Both the position numbers and the translations under genes were made by a program. Source: Haliotis cracherodii (Eukaryota). Taken from it: a stretch of DNA of 64,000 nt. Below the pieces are notes generated by a model. That model did no database searches and was not told the origin of the DNA. It worked only from the letters and a program-made list of their open reading frames with translations. Numbering within the stretch: position 1 is the first letter of the stretch; every line of letters begins with the position of its first letter. The stretch lies in assembly GCF_022045235.1 (NCBI RefSeq), contig NW_027266341.1, forward strand, positions 30,318,001 through 30,382,000. The letters are read 5' to 3'. Of the stretch, positions 42,289 to 53,375 are shown piece by piece.

Positions 42289-43461
42289 ACAAGAAAGAAG
42301 TGAGCAAAGCTCACATACCCCCGTTATCCCTGCTGGTCAACAACAAATAGTAAATAGTTTGTTAATTAATGAAATATTACATATTTCTAACTGATAAAAA
42401 CTAAGATTGAGTTCCAGTGACAATTGAACCACCCCCCCCCCCCCCCCAATCTCCCATGTTACCAGTGTTCACTACGAGGAAGTAGATCACCATGAACACC
42501 TTTGAATAAAAAATTGATTGAGGAGTTACATAAGAAGAATTACCAAAAGGATAAAAAATTGTTGATGTAAAAACACATAAAAAATGGAACAATATCATAT
42601 AAGAAAATCAATAAATCAATAAATTCCATCAAGCCGTAACAGATATGGTAAAGAATTCATAAATTCAAACTATCACAAAGCACAGATACTTATGATGATC
42701 TACATGTGTGGAAACAATTTTGGAAAATATATTAGCTATACTAAACCAATCAAAATTTCTAAATTCCATCAACAGCAAAAGAGAAAACTTTCGGAATCTT
42801 ATAAAAGATGAAAAACAATCATAGCGGTTAATGTAGCAAGTTTGCTGAAGCTAGGATACATAATATTGTAAACATGGATCGTACAAAAACTCTACCCAAA
42901 ATTTATGTTTCACCATGATACCATGGAAACGGCAAAAATAAAAAAAATCAGAAACTTCAAACTAGCAAAAGGCACAAGTACTCATTGTGGTTAATGTGTG
43001 TAGAATGTTTGGTGAAGCTAGGGTGCATGGTTAGAAATATATGGGCCGTACAAAACACCGACCCTAAAAGTTTAAGTTTCTAATGTTTTCATGGAAACGG
43101 CAAAAATAAAAAAAATCAGAATCTTCAAACTAGCAAAAGGCACAAGAACTCATTGTGGTAAATGTGTGTAGCAAGTTTGGTGAAGCTAGGGTGCATGGTT
43201 AAAAAGTTATGGGCCGTACAAAACACCCCACCCTAAAAGTTTAAGTTTCTAATGTTTCCATGGAAACGGCAAAAATTAAAAAATTCAGAATCTTCAAACT
43301 AGCAAAAGGCACAAGTACTCATTGTGGTAAATGTGTGTAGCAAGTTTGGTGAAGCTAGGGTGCATGGTTAAAAAGTTATGGGCCGTACAAAAGCTCGGAC
43401 GGAAGGACGGACGAACGGAACGCTCTATACCCCCGATTTACTTCGTAAACGGGGGTATAAT
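42289..43461 (-). mobile_element. Non-autonomous Helentron-type (HINE/DINE-1-like) element with an internal ~168-bp tandem array
   Basis: Palindrome tatacccccg...cgggggtata at 43425-43459, (acgg)n microsatellite 43396-43421, ~168-169-bp repeats (catggaaacggc at 42922, 43090, 43259), and subTIR atacccccg plus hairpin gtgagc-aaa-gctcac at 42300-42323. It splits the dispersed repeat. Confidence 0.8.
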
Positions 43462-43951
43462 TACTGGATTGTCTGGTCCAGACTCGATTATTTACAGACC
43501 GCCGTCATATAGCTGGAATATTGCTGAGTGCGGCGTTAAACAACAAACAAGCCAAACAAACCAACAGAGCTAAGTTGGTATTACACGGGAGCGAGTTCAG
43601 AATTTATTTATTACTCGTCATTTGTACCTATGTAAAAATCAGCTGATTGACTCCGTAAGTCGCTTCCCGAGTTCAAATCAGGTCATGAGTAAGTATACAA
43701 AGTCATGTAAATAGTCATCATCAAGTGCAACTATAATATCAACATTTCAGCAATTCCAATGGAGAAAACACCCGAAGACTCTTTTTTTCCACAACAAATC
43801 TACTTTAATGAACTTCCTGCGAAACTGCGAGGATGTTTCGAAAACAATAACAAAACAAGTTTAATCATTCATTGACAAGGCCAAGGTCACAACATCACAT
43901 GACCGCAGGCAGGGGGATTCCCCCGATGACAGTCTGTTTTCAAACTTTCCA

Positions 43952-44795
43952 TTACTGGAGATTCGTGTCTGATGACTTGTCAGCATGGTCAGTGCTCTGG
44001 TTAAGAAATTTTACTTTTATCACAGAATTGGTGATTGTACCGGCAAAGATAGAGCTGAGTGTGCGAGACTGGCTAGCTGTCATATTGAAAGTTTGGGATG
44101 GAGCAGAGACGGTCGACGGCTGGCAAGTCGGAACACAGAGCAGTGATTGTGAAGTGCAAGAATCACTAGGCCTGTCAATCAATGTACTGATGCGTTTGTG
44201 CTGCTCTTCAGAAATATTTGAATAGTTATTGACACTATGCACATTTCTATGGCCACTGAATTGCATTGTCTGAGTAGGTGGAACATTTTTCTCAGAAGGA
44301 AGTTTGGACAAGATACTTTCGGGCGGAATGACTCATCCACCGTTTGGTAGACTCAAGTTTTACATTTGCTGCCATATGCATGCATTTCATTATGGACCCA
44401 AGTTTGTTGATGCCAACATGTTGTCACTTAAACCAAGGATGTGTCGGAGCGGGAGCAGTTTTAGAATTTGTTGCCAAGTAGAAAGGTACGTCATGGCCAC
44501 TAAAACCATTTGGTCTAAGGTTAGCATAGCGCTGATACGCAAGGACCGAGCAGCGATTGTCACCTGTTGTCCAAGCTTTTGGCGTGACAGCCTGAATATC
44601 CCGGATGTTTACACCAGTGCGTGTTATGGTTTGCCGCTCATCAAACTGCAGATACTCCATGCCATTTCCATCTTGATTTAACATCACGGCTCCCCAGCGC
44701 ATATTTCTATGGGGAGTAACGCTGCGCAGTCCAAAATGTGTAGTGTTATGCCACCAAAGTAGACTCGGGAGTTTCCAGACCTAATTCCCCGGATT
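43952..44795 (-). mobile_element. Crypton-like tyrosine recombinase (DUF3504/ZMYM-type) remnant
   Basis: WGAV.L..D.NGMEYLQFDERQT.TRTG...RCSV.AY..Y...RP...PFYLA...WFK (44424-44702), then VPPTQTMQFSGHRNVHSVNNYS (GH...Y catalytic region; 43952-44311). Stops and frameshifts are present. Confidence 0.75.
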
Positions 44796-44799
44796 TCCA

Positions 44800-45165
44800 T
44801 AATGTGTCTATGTCGTTCTGACTTAGGGACCAATCACATGATCTATTTATTGAAACAGGCAGATATGAAGGTATTGCAAGAGAACACAGACTTTGTAGGA
44901 TTTGTAAAACTGATTGTACTGAAGATGAATATCACTTTTTTATGTGTATGTCCAGTGTATGAAGATTTAAGAGCAAAATATCTAAATAACTATTTCTACC
45001 GCAACCCATTGTAAATTAATGACTTGTGATTGTACAGAGACTATTAGAAATCTATCAATGTTCATTTATCATGCCATGAAACTAAGAAAATGTATAAATT
45101 TGTAACACGCCCCACACATTGTACTATAGGCCTTTGGCCTCATAAGTACCATGAATAAAGATTAA
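44800..45165 (+). mobile_element. 5'-truncated LINE 3' end inserted in the Crypton remnant
   Basis: NH.L.IETGRY...RLC..C....EDEYHF..VCPVY.DLR peptide across frameshifts, then hairpin aggcc-ttt-ggcct and AATAAA. Confidence 0.7.
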
Positions 45166-46641
45166 GGTATTTCATCCCCCTTTTGAGGCACAGGCACAAT
45201 ATAGAAAAAGTCATCTTTGAATAGATCATTAAGATCATCAAACAAACTGTAGTCATTATCAACAAAGGTGGGTGGGGGTAACGTGGCCGAAACTGTCTCC
45301 GGAATTCGTTGCATTGGATAGCGAGGTAACCTGTTTCATGGAACCATCATCCAGTTTACCGTTGAACATGCTCTATGTCCCTAAAGGTTGAACAACCGAT
45401 AGCACCCGTCCCTTCAGTTGACCATCAATTTTGACACAATCATTTACTTTTATAGCTTCAGTTGCCATTGTGATAAGATCATTCATTTGACTATAGATTC
45501 ATCGTCTTTAATTTTCATGTCGTTTATTATTTCTAATTAATGAATATTTTCTCATCCGTAATATTTAGAACATATTACTTTTTCGATTTCATAATAATTT
45601 ATGTGAACAAAAAGTATTTGTAATCACGCCCTGGTGAGAATCGGTACATTTTGACAGTAGCCATTTTGTTTGGTCATGTGATGTGGCCGTCCAAAAATAG
45701 TTCTGTGTGCACGTGATGTTACTAAACAATGTGTAATACCGCTGTATGTGTATTAAACGGGTGATCACTTCACGGATGAGTAATAACTATATAATACTAA
45801 ACAATCTCCAATATAATACCAATTTCGCTTTGTAACAGCAAGTTTTAGGATCAATTGTATCTGACAGGCACGAGTGCAGTAACCTGTTTCTTACACACCC
45901 TAAAATCGCACCTTTGTAGCATCGAATCAATGGCGATGATGATATTAATGCAAACAAAATAAAGAACACGCTGGATGCCGAGTTAAAAGTTTACACCTCA
46001 AAGAAATTACCAAAAATGTACAACAATGTTTACTTCCGTATGACATCACAACCGGTGACCGACTTTTACAAAATGGCGTGTTCACTGACAACAGCACGCG
46101 GGATTACCAGAGGAGTATTCTCGTTGATTGAGGGATCATATACATAAATGTGTCCCGAAAGTAATCAGAAACATTCTGACATTCCTCGTATAGTTATTTG
46201 TTTACCATGTTTTCCAATGAAACAAAGAGAATTAGTCAGAAATGCAGATACCTACTGTCGTCGTTGTGCGTGATTTAGCGTCAGTCATGGTGTCACACAG
46301 GACGGAAACTTTTACAGTTTCTGTTGAATTTACCACATCATTGTAATGTTTATGTGTACCCAGCCTCGACTACGACGAAATAGTCTTACATCATATAACT
46401 GTGCCAATGACTACAATAATTCTCAGATGAGAATAACCATGTACGTCAATAAGACCTCATGCCTGGCTGAGTGTGTTGGGTTTAACGCTGCTTTTAACAT
46501 TATTCCAGTTATATCAAGGTATGGACAGCATGACTGACAATCAAGACTTTAATTGTAACCATTGTAGTGTACAGGTAGAACATTCAGGAGGAAATTTTCA
46601 TCTTTGTTGACTAGATTTTTACTGGCAGTGGCAGTACCTAG

Positions 46642-47116
46642 TAGGGCTGGGACGGGTAACTCGGGTACTCGGGTCGTGTAGGTAAAGGACTATCTGGACC
46701 CATGGTTCTTCCTGACTACTACGCCCATTCCTTCTGACTTTTAAGGGGCGGTCGGGTAGCCTAGTGGTTAAAGCGTTCGCTCGTCACGCCGAAGACCCGG
46801 GTTCGATTCCCGACATGGGTACAATGTGTGAAGCCCATTTCTGGTGTCCCCCGCCGTGATATTGCTGGAATATTGCTAAAAGCGGCGTAAAACCATACTC
46901 CGTCAGTCAGTCTGACTTTTAAATGTTTGAATAAAAATAAAACTTCAGTGTCATTTTATACATGTATCTAAACACATTTTACCAGAGCTACGGTCAAACT
47001 TTTCCCAATGGGACAGTTTGTACCTACCTCTTGAGACCTACAGCGGGTACCCGAGTAGGGTCGGGTAATAGGGGGGTGGGTACCCGGGTAATAAATTTGG
47101 ACTCTTCCCAACCCTA
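46642..47116. mobile_element. Non-autonomous hAT-type MITE
   Basis: TIRs tagggctggga and tcccaacccta, exact 8-bp TSD GTACCTAG at 46634-46641 and 47117-47124, subterminal cgggta repeats. Confidence 0.85.
46745..46910 (+). mobile_element. tRNA-Asp-derived SINE nested in the hAT MITE
   Basis: tagcctagtggttaa (A box), gtcacgc (GTC anticodon), gggttcgattccc (B box), (agtc)n tail. 12-bp TSD tctgacttttaa at 46733-46744 and 46911-46922. Fragments of the family occur at 38380-38460 and 58540-58595. Confidence 0.88.
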
Positions 47117-47350
47117 GTACCTAGGGTCCAAACTGTTGAAGATCAGCAACGTCTTCGATGCCAGAAGCATCCCGCCATGGTAGCATTTATGATGCAGAGT
47201 CAATGTAGAGACGACTGCACACGTCTCATGCCGATTGTTGGTAATGGGAGATGGTAAATGTGCATCAGTTTAAGCGTGGAGAAGGTAGTATGGAACCAAA
47301 AGGCGACTGCCACGGGGTGGACAGCAGCTGTAGAAGTACATTGTGCTGGG

Positions 47351-47903
47351 AGTAGTTGTCTACATCAGTCAAGGACCGCTCAGGATTTCAGGACTAAGAT
47401 GGCGGCACATCCGTTTCCGGTGGCGTGCGCCTCCAAGATGACGTCCCATCCGTTTCCGGTGGCGCGCGCATCCAAGAGGGCGCCCCATCCGTTTCCGGTG
47501 GCGTGTGCACCTCAAAGAGGGCTGCGCCTCCGTTTCCGGTGGCGTGCGCCTCCAAGAGGGTGTCGCAACGGTGTCCGGTGTCGTGCGCACCTCCAAGAGG
47601 GCGTCGCCTCCGTGTCCCGTGGTGCGTGCACCTCCAAGAGGACGTTGCCTCCGTTTTCCGGAGGAGGAGGAGGAGGAGGAGGGAGGGAGGGAAGGGGGAA
47701 AAAAACCCCAGGGAAGCGGTCGTAAAAGGTGAACAAGAAAAGAGTTTTGTTGTTGTTGTTGTTGTTCTAAACATAGACGTGTTGGTGGTGGTGAAGGGAG
47801 GGTGGTGGTGAAGGGAGGGAAGGAGGAGGCGGGTTCATGGTGTGGGGGTTTGAGGGTCGTCAAAGCAAAGGATGAAAGCGTTCTTTCGGGAGAGATGGGT
47901 GGC
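47351..47903 (+). repeat. Left TIR (553 bp) with six 39/41-bp GC-rich subrepeats
   Basis: Reverse complement of 56907-57404. Subrepeat ccgtttccggtggcgtgcgc(a)cctccaagaggg at about 47411, 47450, 47489, 47530, 47569 and 47610. Confidence 0.93.
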
Positions 47904-47921
47904 CCTGAAAAGGGCCGTTTT
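47880..47921 (-). terminator. Histone-type 3' stem-loop plus purine-rich downstream element
   Basis: Minus strand AAAAC-GGCCCTTTTCAGGGCC-ACCCA-tctctcccg-AAAGAAC. The 6-bp stem/4-nt loop spans 47901-47916, 21 nt after the stop of ORF 47938-48231. Confidence 0.85.
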
Positions 47922-47937
47922 GAAGAAGATGACTTCT

Positions 47938-48231
47938 TTACATGCAGGTGCACGCAACGGTACAAAGGCACGGGTGGACAGTCATTTGGCGTCTTACAGG
48001 ACACCTATTGGTGTGCGTTAAACGACGCATGTAGGTGTCCTTCAGCACAGTGCTGCAATACACGCATTTGAAAGTCCGATCCCATGCCCTTGTACCAAGG
48101 GCGTACACGGGCAGGCACCCTTGGCATCTACCACATTGCCATGATGGAGACAATGGTGGGGATGTTATTATCTTAGTAGAAATCAGTTCCAGATCCCAGT
48201 TTTCAGACATGTTGTTGCTGTTGCTGCTCAT
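47938..48231 (-). CDS. Small Cys-rich (CxxC...CxxC Zn-ribbon-like) protein, 97 aa
   Basis: ATG about 50 nt after TATAAAA of promoter cassette A. CGRC and CVYC pairs. The stop is followed by the histone-type stem-loop. Confidence 0.6.
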   Translation of the reverse strand: MSSNSNNMSENWDLELISTKIITSPPLSPSWQCGRCQGCLPVYALGTRAWDRTFKCVYCSTVLKDTYMRRLTHTNRCPVRRQMTVHPCLCTVACTCM

Positions 48232-48251
48232 GATGATGATTTCTTTTTACA

Positions 48252-48548
48252 AGTGGCACTGATTCACTTGAATCCACACTTGTTTTATAGGAGAGCCACT
48301 GACACCCTGCTTCCTGGTTGGTTCCCCAGGCAGCAGCTCCGATTGGTTCGTTCCGGTGCCTGGCCTGCACCTCGGTTTTCCAAAACGGACCGACCCCTGT
48401 GTTTCTTTTCCATAGGAAATGGATTTTTCCATGGGAGAGAAAGCACAACCCCGGTTCGACCATTCAGAGCCCAGCGTGGTCCGAGCGCCGACTCTGATTG
48501 GTCGACAACCCAGGCTTCTGATTGGTCCGATTTTGATCCGTTTTTTTT
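48252..48548 (-). promoter_or_regulatory. Promoter cassette A (multi-CCAAT + TATA)
   Basis: TATAAAA at 48289-48283, several gaCCAATc boxes, core aaatccatttcctatggaaaagaaacac. Homologous to cassettes B, C and D. Confidence 0.75.
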
Positions 48549-48689
48549 CTTGGATAGCCTTGTTTTTTTTTTAGGTAGACGGTCGTCTGAATGCTAAAGG
48601 TGGACCGTCATAGGTAGGCATGAACGTGGGGGAATGTCTTCAAACAGACGTTAACGTTGATCCATAGAATGATGATACCATGCCTACGC

Positions 48690-48996
48690 GATTACGTCAT
48701 GTTGCCAGACACACGTGGTGTTTCACGCGTGTTGTCAGGCAAAACGTGATGTCATGTGTTTGTGTGACTACAAACGTTGATTAAGTATTGAGATGGATAG
48801 AGAAAGATCGATACACATGCGTGACGTTTGCACACGTGATGTACTTCGTGTCGTGTACTTCAAATTATTATTAATATTATTTAATGATACCGAGGTGTTG
48901 ACACTCGTGTAGGTCTACAGACGTACTTTGACACGTGTTTTCATGCACACGTGTTGTTTGACTCGTGTCTCCATTCACACGTGGTGTACTACGTGT
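48690..48996. promoter_or_regulatory. CACGTG (E-box) / ACGT-core cluster
   Basis: CACGTG at 48712, 48833, 48932, 48948 and 48978, plus TTACGTCA (48692), TGACGT and ACTCGTGT variants. Confidence 0.5.
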
Positions 48997-49138
48997 CTCT
49001 ATTTATATATTTATATATATTTATATCTATTTATTTTATTTTGAGACGTACCATGGTGGTGTCACGCGTAGACGTATGCCTCCAAGAGACCTAGGGATTG
49101 TTTTGGATTGTGGGTTTGGCAAAGCAAAGGATGAAAGT

Positions 49139-49180
49139 TGTCTTTTGGGTGAGATGGGTGGCCCTGAAAAGGGCCTTTTG
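49139..49180 (-). terminator. Second histone-type 3' stem-loop plus downstream element
   Basis: Minus strand CAAAA-GGCCCTTTTCAGGGCC-ACCCA-tctcaccc-AAAAGAC. Stem-loop at 49160-49175, downstream of the BIR gene. Confidence 0.85.
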
Positions 49181-49410
49181 GGGAAGAAAAAACTTTTCTG
49201 CTGCTGTCCAAGAAGAATCATCATGTCCAAGCTTATGACAAGACAAGGATCGTCGAAGCGGTACTTGTAGCCATCTGGGTATGTCATCTGGGTGCCCTAC
49301 GTGACACCACTTGTGGGTCCAACAAATAAAATAAAATAATTTTAACAGGAACTTGAACGGGAACTTGAACGGGAACTTGAACAGGAACACAGGACACGGG
49401 AAACGTCCTC

Positions 49411-49865
49411 CTAGGCAGCCGACCGTGCTACGTTATTCGTGTACCTCTGTTTCTCTTCGCAGAGATAGTGTAGCTGTAGCTTCTTCTTGTGTTTCACCAG
49501 ACCTGGTAGCTTGAGGTAGTCGCAGTCTGGGACCACTTGTGATGTGCCGCCCAAGGATCGTCGTGGGACGCCCATTGTCTCAGCCGCACACCACATTGGA
49601 AACAGCACACACCATCGGCACCCTGAGTGTAGACAAAGCCCGCATGGGCCATCTCTTCAGCAGTCTGATACATTTGCGTTGGCCACGCCTCAAACGAAGC
49701 GAGCCTTCTTTCAAAGCGTAGATAATAGTGCGATGGCGTGTGACTGAGCAGTGACATCGCATCCTCAGCATGCGTACTCTTACTCCAACATCCACGAGTA
49801 TCTGCACTACCCATCACCACATCTCCGTCACGAGTCGTCGTACCACTCTTCTTTGTTTCAGCCAT
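49411..49865 (-). pseudogene. BIR-domain (IAP-like) gene 1, frameshift before the last Zn ligand
   Basis: RRLASFEAWP...EMAHAGFVY...DGVCCFQCGVRLRQW...DDPWAAHHKWS. The expected PDCDYL is in the adjacent frame (ORF 49411-49608). Confidence 0.85.
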
Positions 49866-49889
49866 TCTTGATTTTATAAAATAAATTTT

Positions 49890-50190
49890 ACAAGTGACAC
49901 TGACCCACTCGAATCCTCTCTTGTTTTATAGGAGAAGAACCGGATTGAAAATCGCTGCTTCCTGGTTGGTCCAAAACGCAACGCACTGATTGGTTCGTTC
50001 TGGTGCCTGGCCTGCACCTCGGTTTTCTAAAACGACCCGACCCTTGTGTTTCTTTTCCATAGGAAATGGATTTTACCATGGGAGAGAAAGCACAACTCGG
50101 CTCGGGTGCTGTCTTCTGATTGGTCGGTGCTGTCTTCTGATTGGTCGACAACCCAGGCTTCGGATTGGTCAGATTTCGATCCTGTTTTGG
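49890..50190 (-). promoter_or_regulatory. Promoter cassette B (multi-CCAAT + TATA), between divergent BIR1 and PolB
   Basis: TATAAAA at 49930-49924 and CCAAT boxes, including a 21-bp tandem gtgctgtcttctgattggtcg. Homologous to cassette A. Confidence 0.75.
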
Positions 50191-50263
50191 GGAAGGGTTG
50201 TCCATAAATCAGACGTTCAGTCCATCTTAGAGTACAGACGTTCATCAGACACGCATCGCTATC

Positions 50264-53075
50264 ATGACGAGCAACCAAAGTACGCCCTATCGTTTGGAGA
50301 GGAAAGACACCACCTGCTCCAGACGGTTAAGAACTGCTAATCATATGTATTGTTTGACTTTCAACCCAGACTACTTGGACACCGTACCACTGGACTGCGT
50401 TCTCATGGAACTGCCAGCTTTATTTGACAGAGTGATCGATGACTTTTATCAACAGATGTCAGGTCAGAAGTGAGATCGTATTGGTCTAGGTATCGATCAT
50501 CCCGCTTTGAACACTCCCATACGGATTCCCTTTTGTCGCTTTGAAGATCTCCATGGGCTTAATATTTTACATGCCGTGGAAAACGTCCAACAGTCCAACA
50601 AAGCCCTGAACATCGATGCCACCATGGTTGTGACTTTAGTACACATAGCAGATCCCGACAGGCTAGGATCGGGCAGTGGTGCTCCCCGACTGAAAGCCTT
50701 TTTAACACGCAAAAAGTGCATTGTACGGATGCCTCTACCAGAGACTGTTGTACAAGTGTGATGAGGCTCCACCCCACGCCACCGTGCTGCATGTATATCA
50801 TCATGATCAACACTACGATGTCATCACTTCCATGCCAGCTTTTTATGGGTCTAACCATTACTGCGAACGCTGTGACCACCGTTACGACCATCCCGAAAAA
50901 CATCCCTGCACCAAGGAATACCGCTGTCACCGCTGCCTCCACTCTAGCTATTGCGGACCCAAGGAAGAGCATGGGATCCCTTGCTTGACATGTCAACGTT
51001 GGTTCCCAAATCAACAGTGTTATACACGACATCTCCAGTCACCATCAGAGGGAAAACCCAGCGCCTGTCAATTGATTCACAGGTGCCCGACCTGTTTTCA
51101 GCTGGTCCACGTCTTGGAGACTCCCATGGCTCACCACGAGTGCTCAGATGAAGAACATCCCTGCTTGGTGTGCCGAGAACCCATGACCCCAGACCATCGT
51201 TGTTACATGACACCTCTCCGTGAAGAAAACGAGGCTGAGGAGGGGGAGGAAGAGGAAGAGGGGGAACAGGGGGGAGGAGGAACAACATCACCTACGAGAC
51301 AATGTCCAATACATCTTCTACGATTTTGAATGCATGCAAGACTCCAGTATGCACTAGCTCCATTATCTAATGGAAACGGACCCCCATCTGCACCTCCAGC
51401 ACGCCAGGAATGGAGGTGAAAAAGAGTTCACGTGTGGAGAGGGCCAACATCGGTACAGTGTGGATGGCTACGATCCAGCGACAGGCACCATCTACGAATT
51501 CCTGGGCTGTTTCTGGCATGGGTGCCAGGCCTGTCACAAGACCCAACGTGGAGAACCTCATCCCGTCCTGGGCACGTCGTTGGGAGCCCATTATACCGAC
51601 ACCAACTACCGCTTGAGTCTCTTGACTCAACGCCCTGAGGTGAAACGGAGTTTACAAAAATGCAACAGGGGGACTCCGCTCTGCATGCTTTCTTGCAGGG
51701 GTCCCAATGTATCGACGTCCCTGGGCCGCTCAACCCTTGCGACGCCTTCTATGGAGGACGCACCAATGCCACACGATTATGCTACGAAGCCCAAGAAGGT
51801 GAAACCATCAAGTACATCGATATTTGTTCCCTTTATCCATACATTTGTAAGACCGGAGCATTTCCCACGGGACACCCGACCCTTCTCCATCAACCACCTG
51901 TGGACATGTTGTTTGAACTGAAAGGCCTGATCCAATGCCGTGTCCTACCCCTGAAACGACTCTACCATCCGCCTTACAGATCGGGTGGCAAACTGCTCTG
52001 TCCTTTGTGCCGTACGTGTGCCGATACCAGGTCAGACTCCCCCTGCGAGCACACGACCGAAGAGAGGTCATGGGTGGGCACGTACGCCACCGTAGAACTC
52101 CAGGAAGCCGTGAAGAAGTATGATTACCAGGTGCTTCAGATCTACGACGTATGGCATTTTGACACCTTTGCAAAGCATGACCCCGACACCCAGCAAGTAG
52201 TACTCTTTGACACTTATATCGATCGTCATTTCAAGAAGAAGCTCGAAGCCAGCGGATACCCCGAAGGCTGTACGGATCACGACGCTTACATCCAGGAGAT
52301 CTGCGACAAAGAAGGCATTGGGTTGGACAAGGACCGCATCGAAAAAAATCCAGGACGTCGCACGATTGCCAAGAAGCAACTGAATTCGTTCTGGGGCAAG
52401 TTTGGACAGTCAGAACATCTATATGAACGATCCAGTACAGTACTTTGCCTTGTGGAGGAATGAACGCAATACCATCGAGGATGTTACCGTTGTCAACGAA
52501 CACATGGTGGAAGTGACCTATACCCAGCAGAAAGAATTCCAAACCCCTCATTCTCATTTCAATGTTGCCATCGCTGCTTGGGTCACTGCACAAGCACGTC
52601 TCAAGCTGTACGAGACCCTTGCCCTGGTGGGCCGCAGGGTCTTGTACTTTGACACGGACAGCGTCAGTTACATTCATCGACCCCACAACGCGAATCCAGA
52701 GCTGGGACATTCGTTGGGCGAGTTTACAGACGAACTGGACCGAAACACCATCAAGACGTTTGTGTCAGGAGGTCCCAAAAACTATGGCTATGAGTTAATG
52801 AACCCCAGACCCGATGTAACGCGCACGACCTGCAAAGTGCGAGGGTTCACTTTGAATTACAGAAACCAACAACATCTCAACTTTGACACCATGAAAGGGC
52901 TGATACTGGGATAACGGTCTGGGAAAGAGGGGGAGAAATCAGTTTGGATTACCCTCTTGTGACCCGACCCATCCGAAAAGACTACCGTGTACGACAAGCA
53001 CGTCTCGTCTACGACGAAACCACAGGGCTGCCTGTAGACACGCTCCCCTTTGGGTACAGAGACGACTTTCTATAA
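50264..53075 (+). pseudogene. polB: Protein-primed family B DNA polymerase (Polinton pPolB), frameshifted and internally deleted
   Basis: HYDVIT + Cys/His-rich N-terminus, FYDFEC (ExoI, ~51315), VDGYD...YEFLGCFWHGC (Vsr-like insert), FYGGRT, YIDICSLYP, AKKQLNSFWGKFGQ, VLYFDTDSV, GPKNYGY, KVRGF, and terminal TLPFGY with stop at 53073-53075. Confidence 0.93.
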
Positions 53076-53137
53076 ATAGTTCATACCATTGGGGTATCAC
53101 AGCGGATCGAAACTGAATCAACATGGACCCCTACAGA

Positions 53138-53375
53138 AAAAAACGGATCGAAATCTGACTAATCAGAAGCTTGGGATTTCGACCCATCAGAGGCCGCGCT
53201 CGGGCCATGGTGGGCTCTGATTGGCTGAAACGAGGTTGTGCTTACTCCCTCACACTACAAGCCTAACCCTATGGAAAAGAAACACAAGGGTCGGTCCAGT
53301 TTGGAAAAATTGAGACTCAGACCACACACCGGAATGGACCAATCAGAAAGCAGGACCTCCCTGCCTTTTAATACG
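53138..53375 (+). promoter_or_regulatory. Promoter cassette C (diverged copy)
   Basis: aaaaaaacggatcgaaatctga..aatcagaagc...cctatggaaaagaaacacaaggg...ggaccaatcagaaagcagg...ttttaata, upstream of ORF 53575. Confidence 0.65.

Noticed and set aside
46745-46825. Functional tRNA-Asp gene (likewise tRNA-like heads at 4102, 19150 and 59790)
   Set aside because: No proper acceptor stem or poly-T terminator. The heads continue into SINE bodies; 46745 and 59442 have tails and TSDs.
47258-48071. Multiple overlapping Arg/Pro-rich ORFs in the TIRs (also 56947-57545)
   Set aside because: GC-rich tandem subrepeats lack stops in all frames, and copy number differs between the TIRs.
47938-49865. Histone genes upstream of the stem-loops
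   Set aside because: No H1/H2A/H2B/H3/H4 signature in the listed frames. The upstream ORFs are Zn-ribbon-like and BIR proteins.
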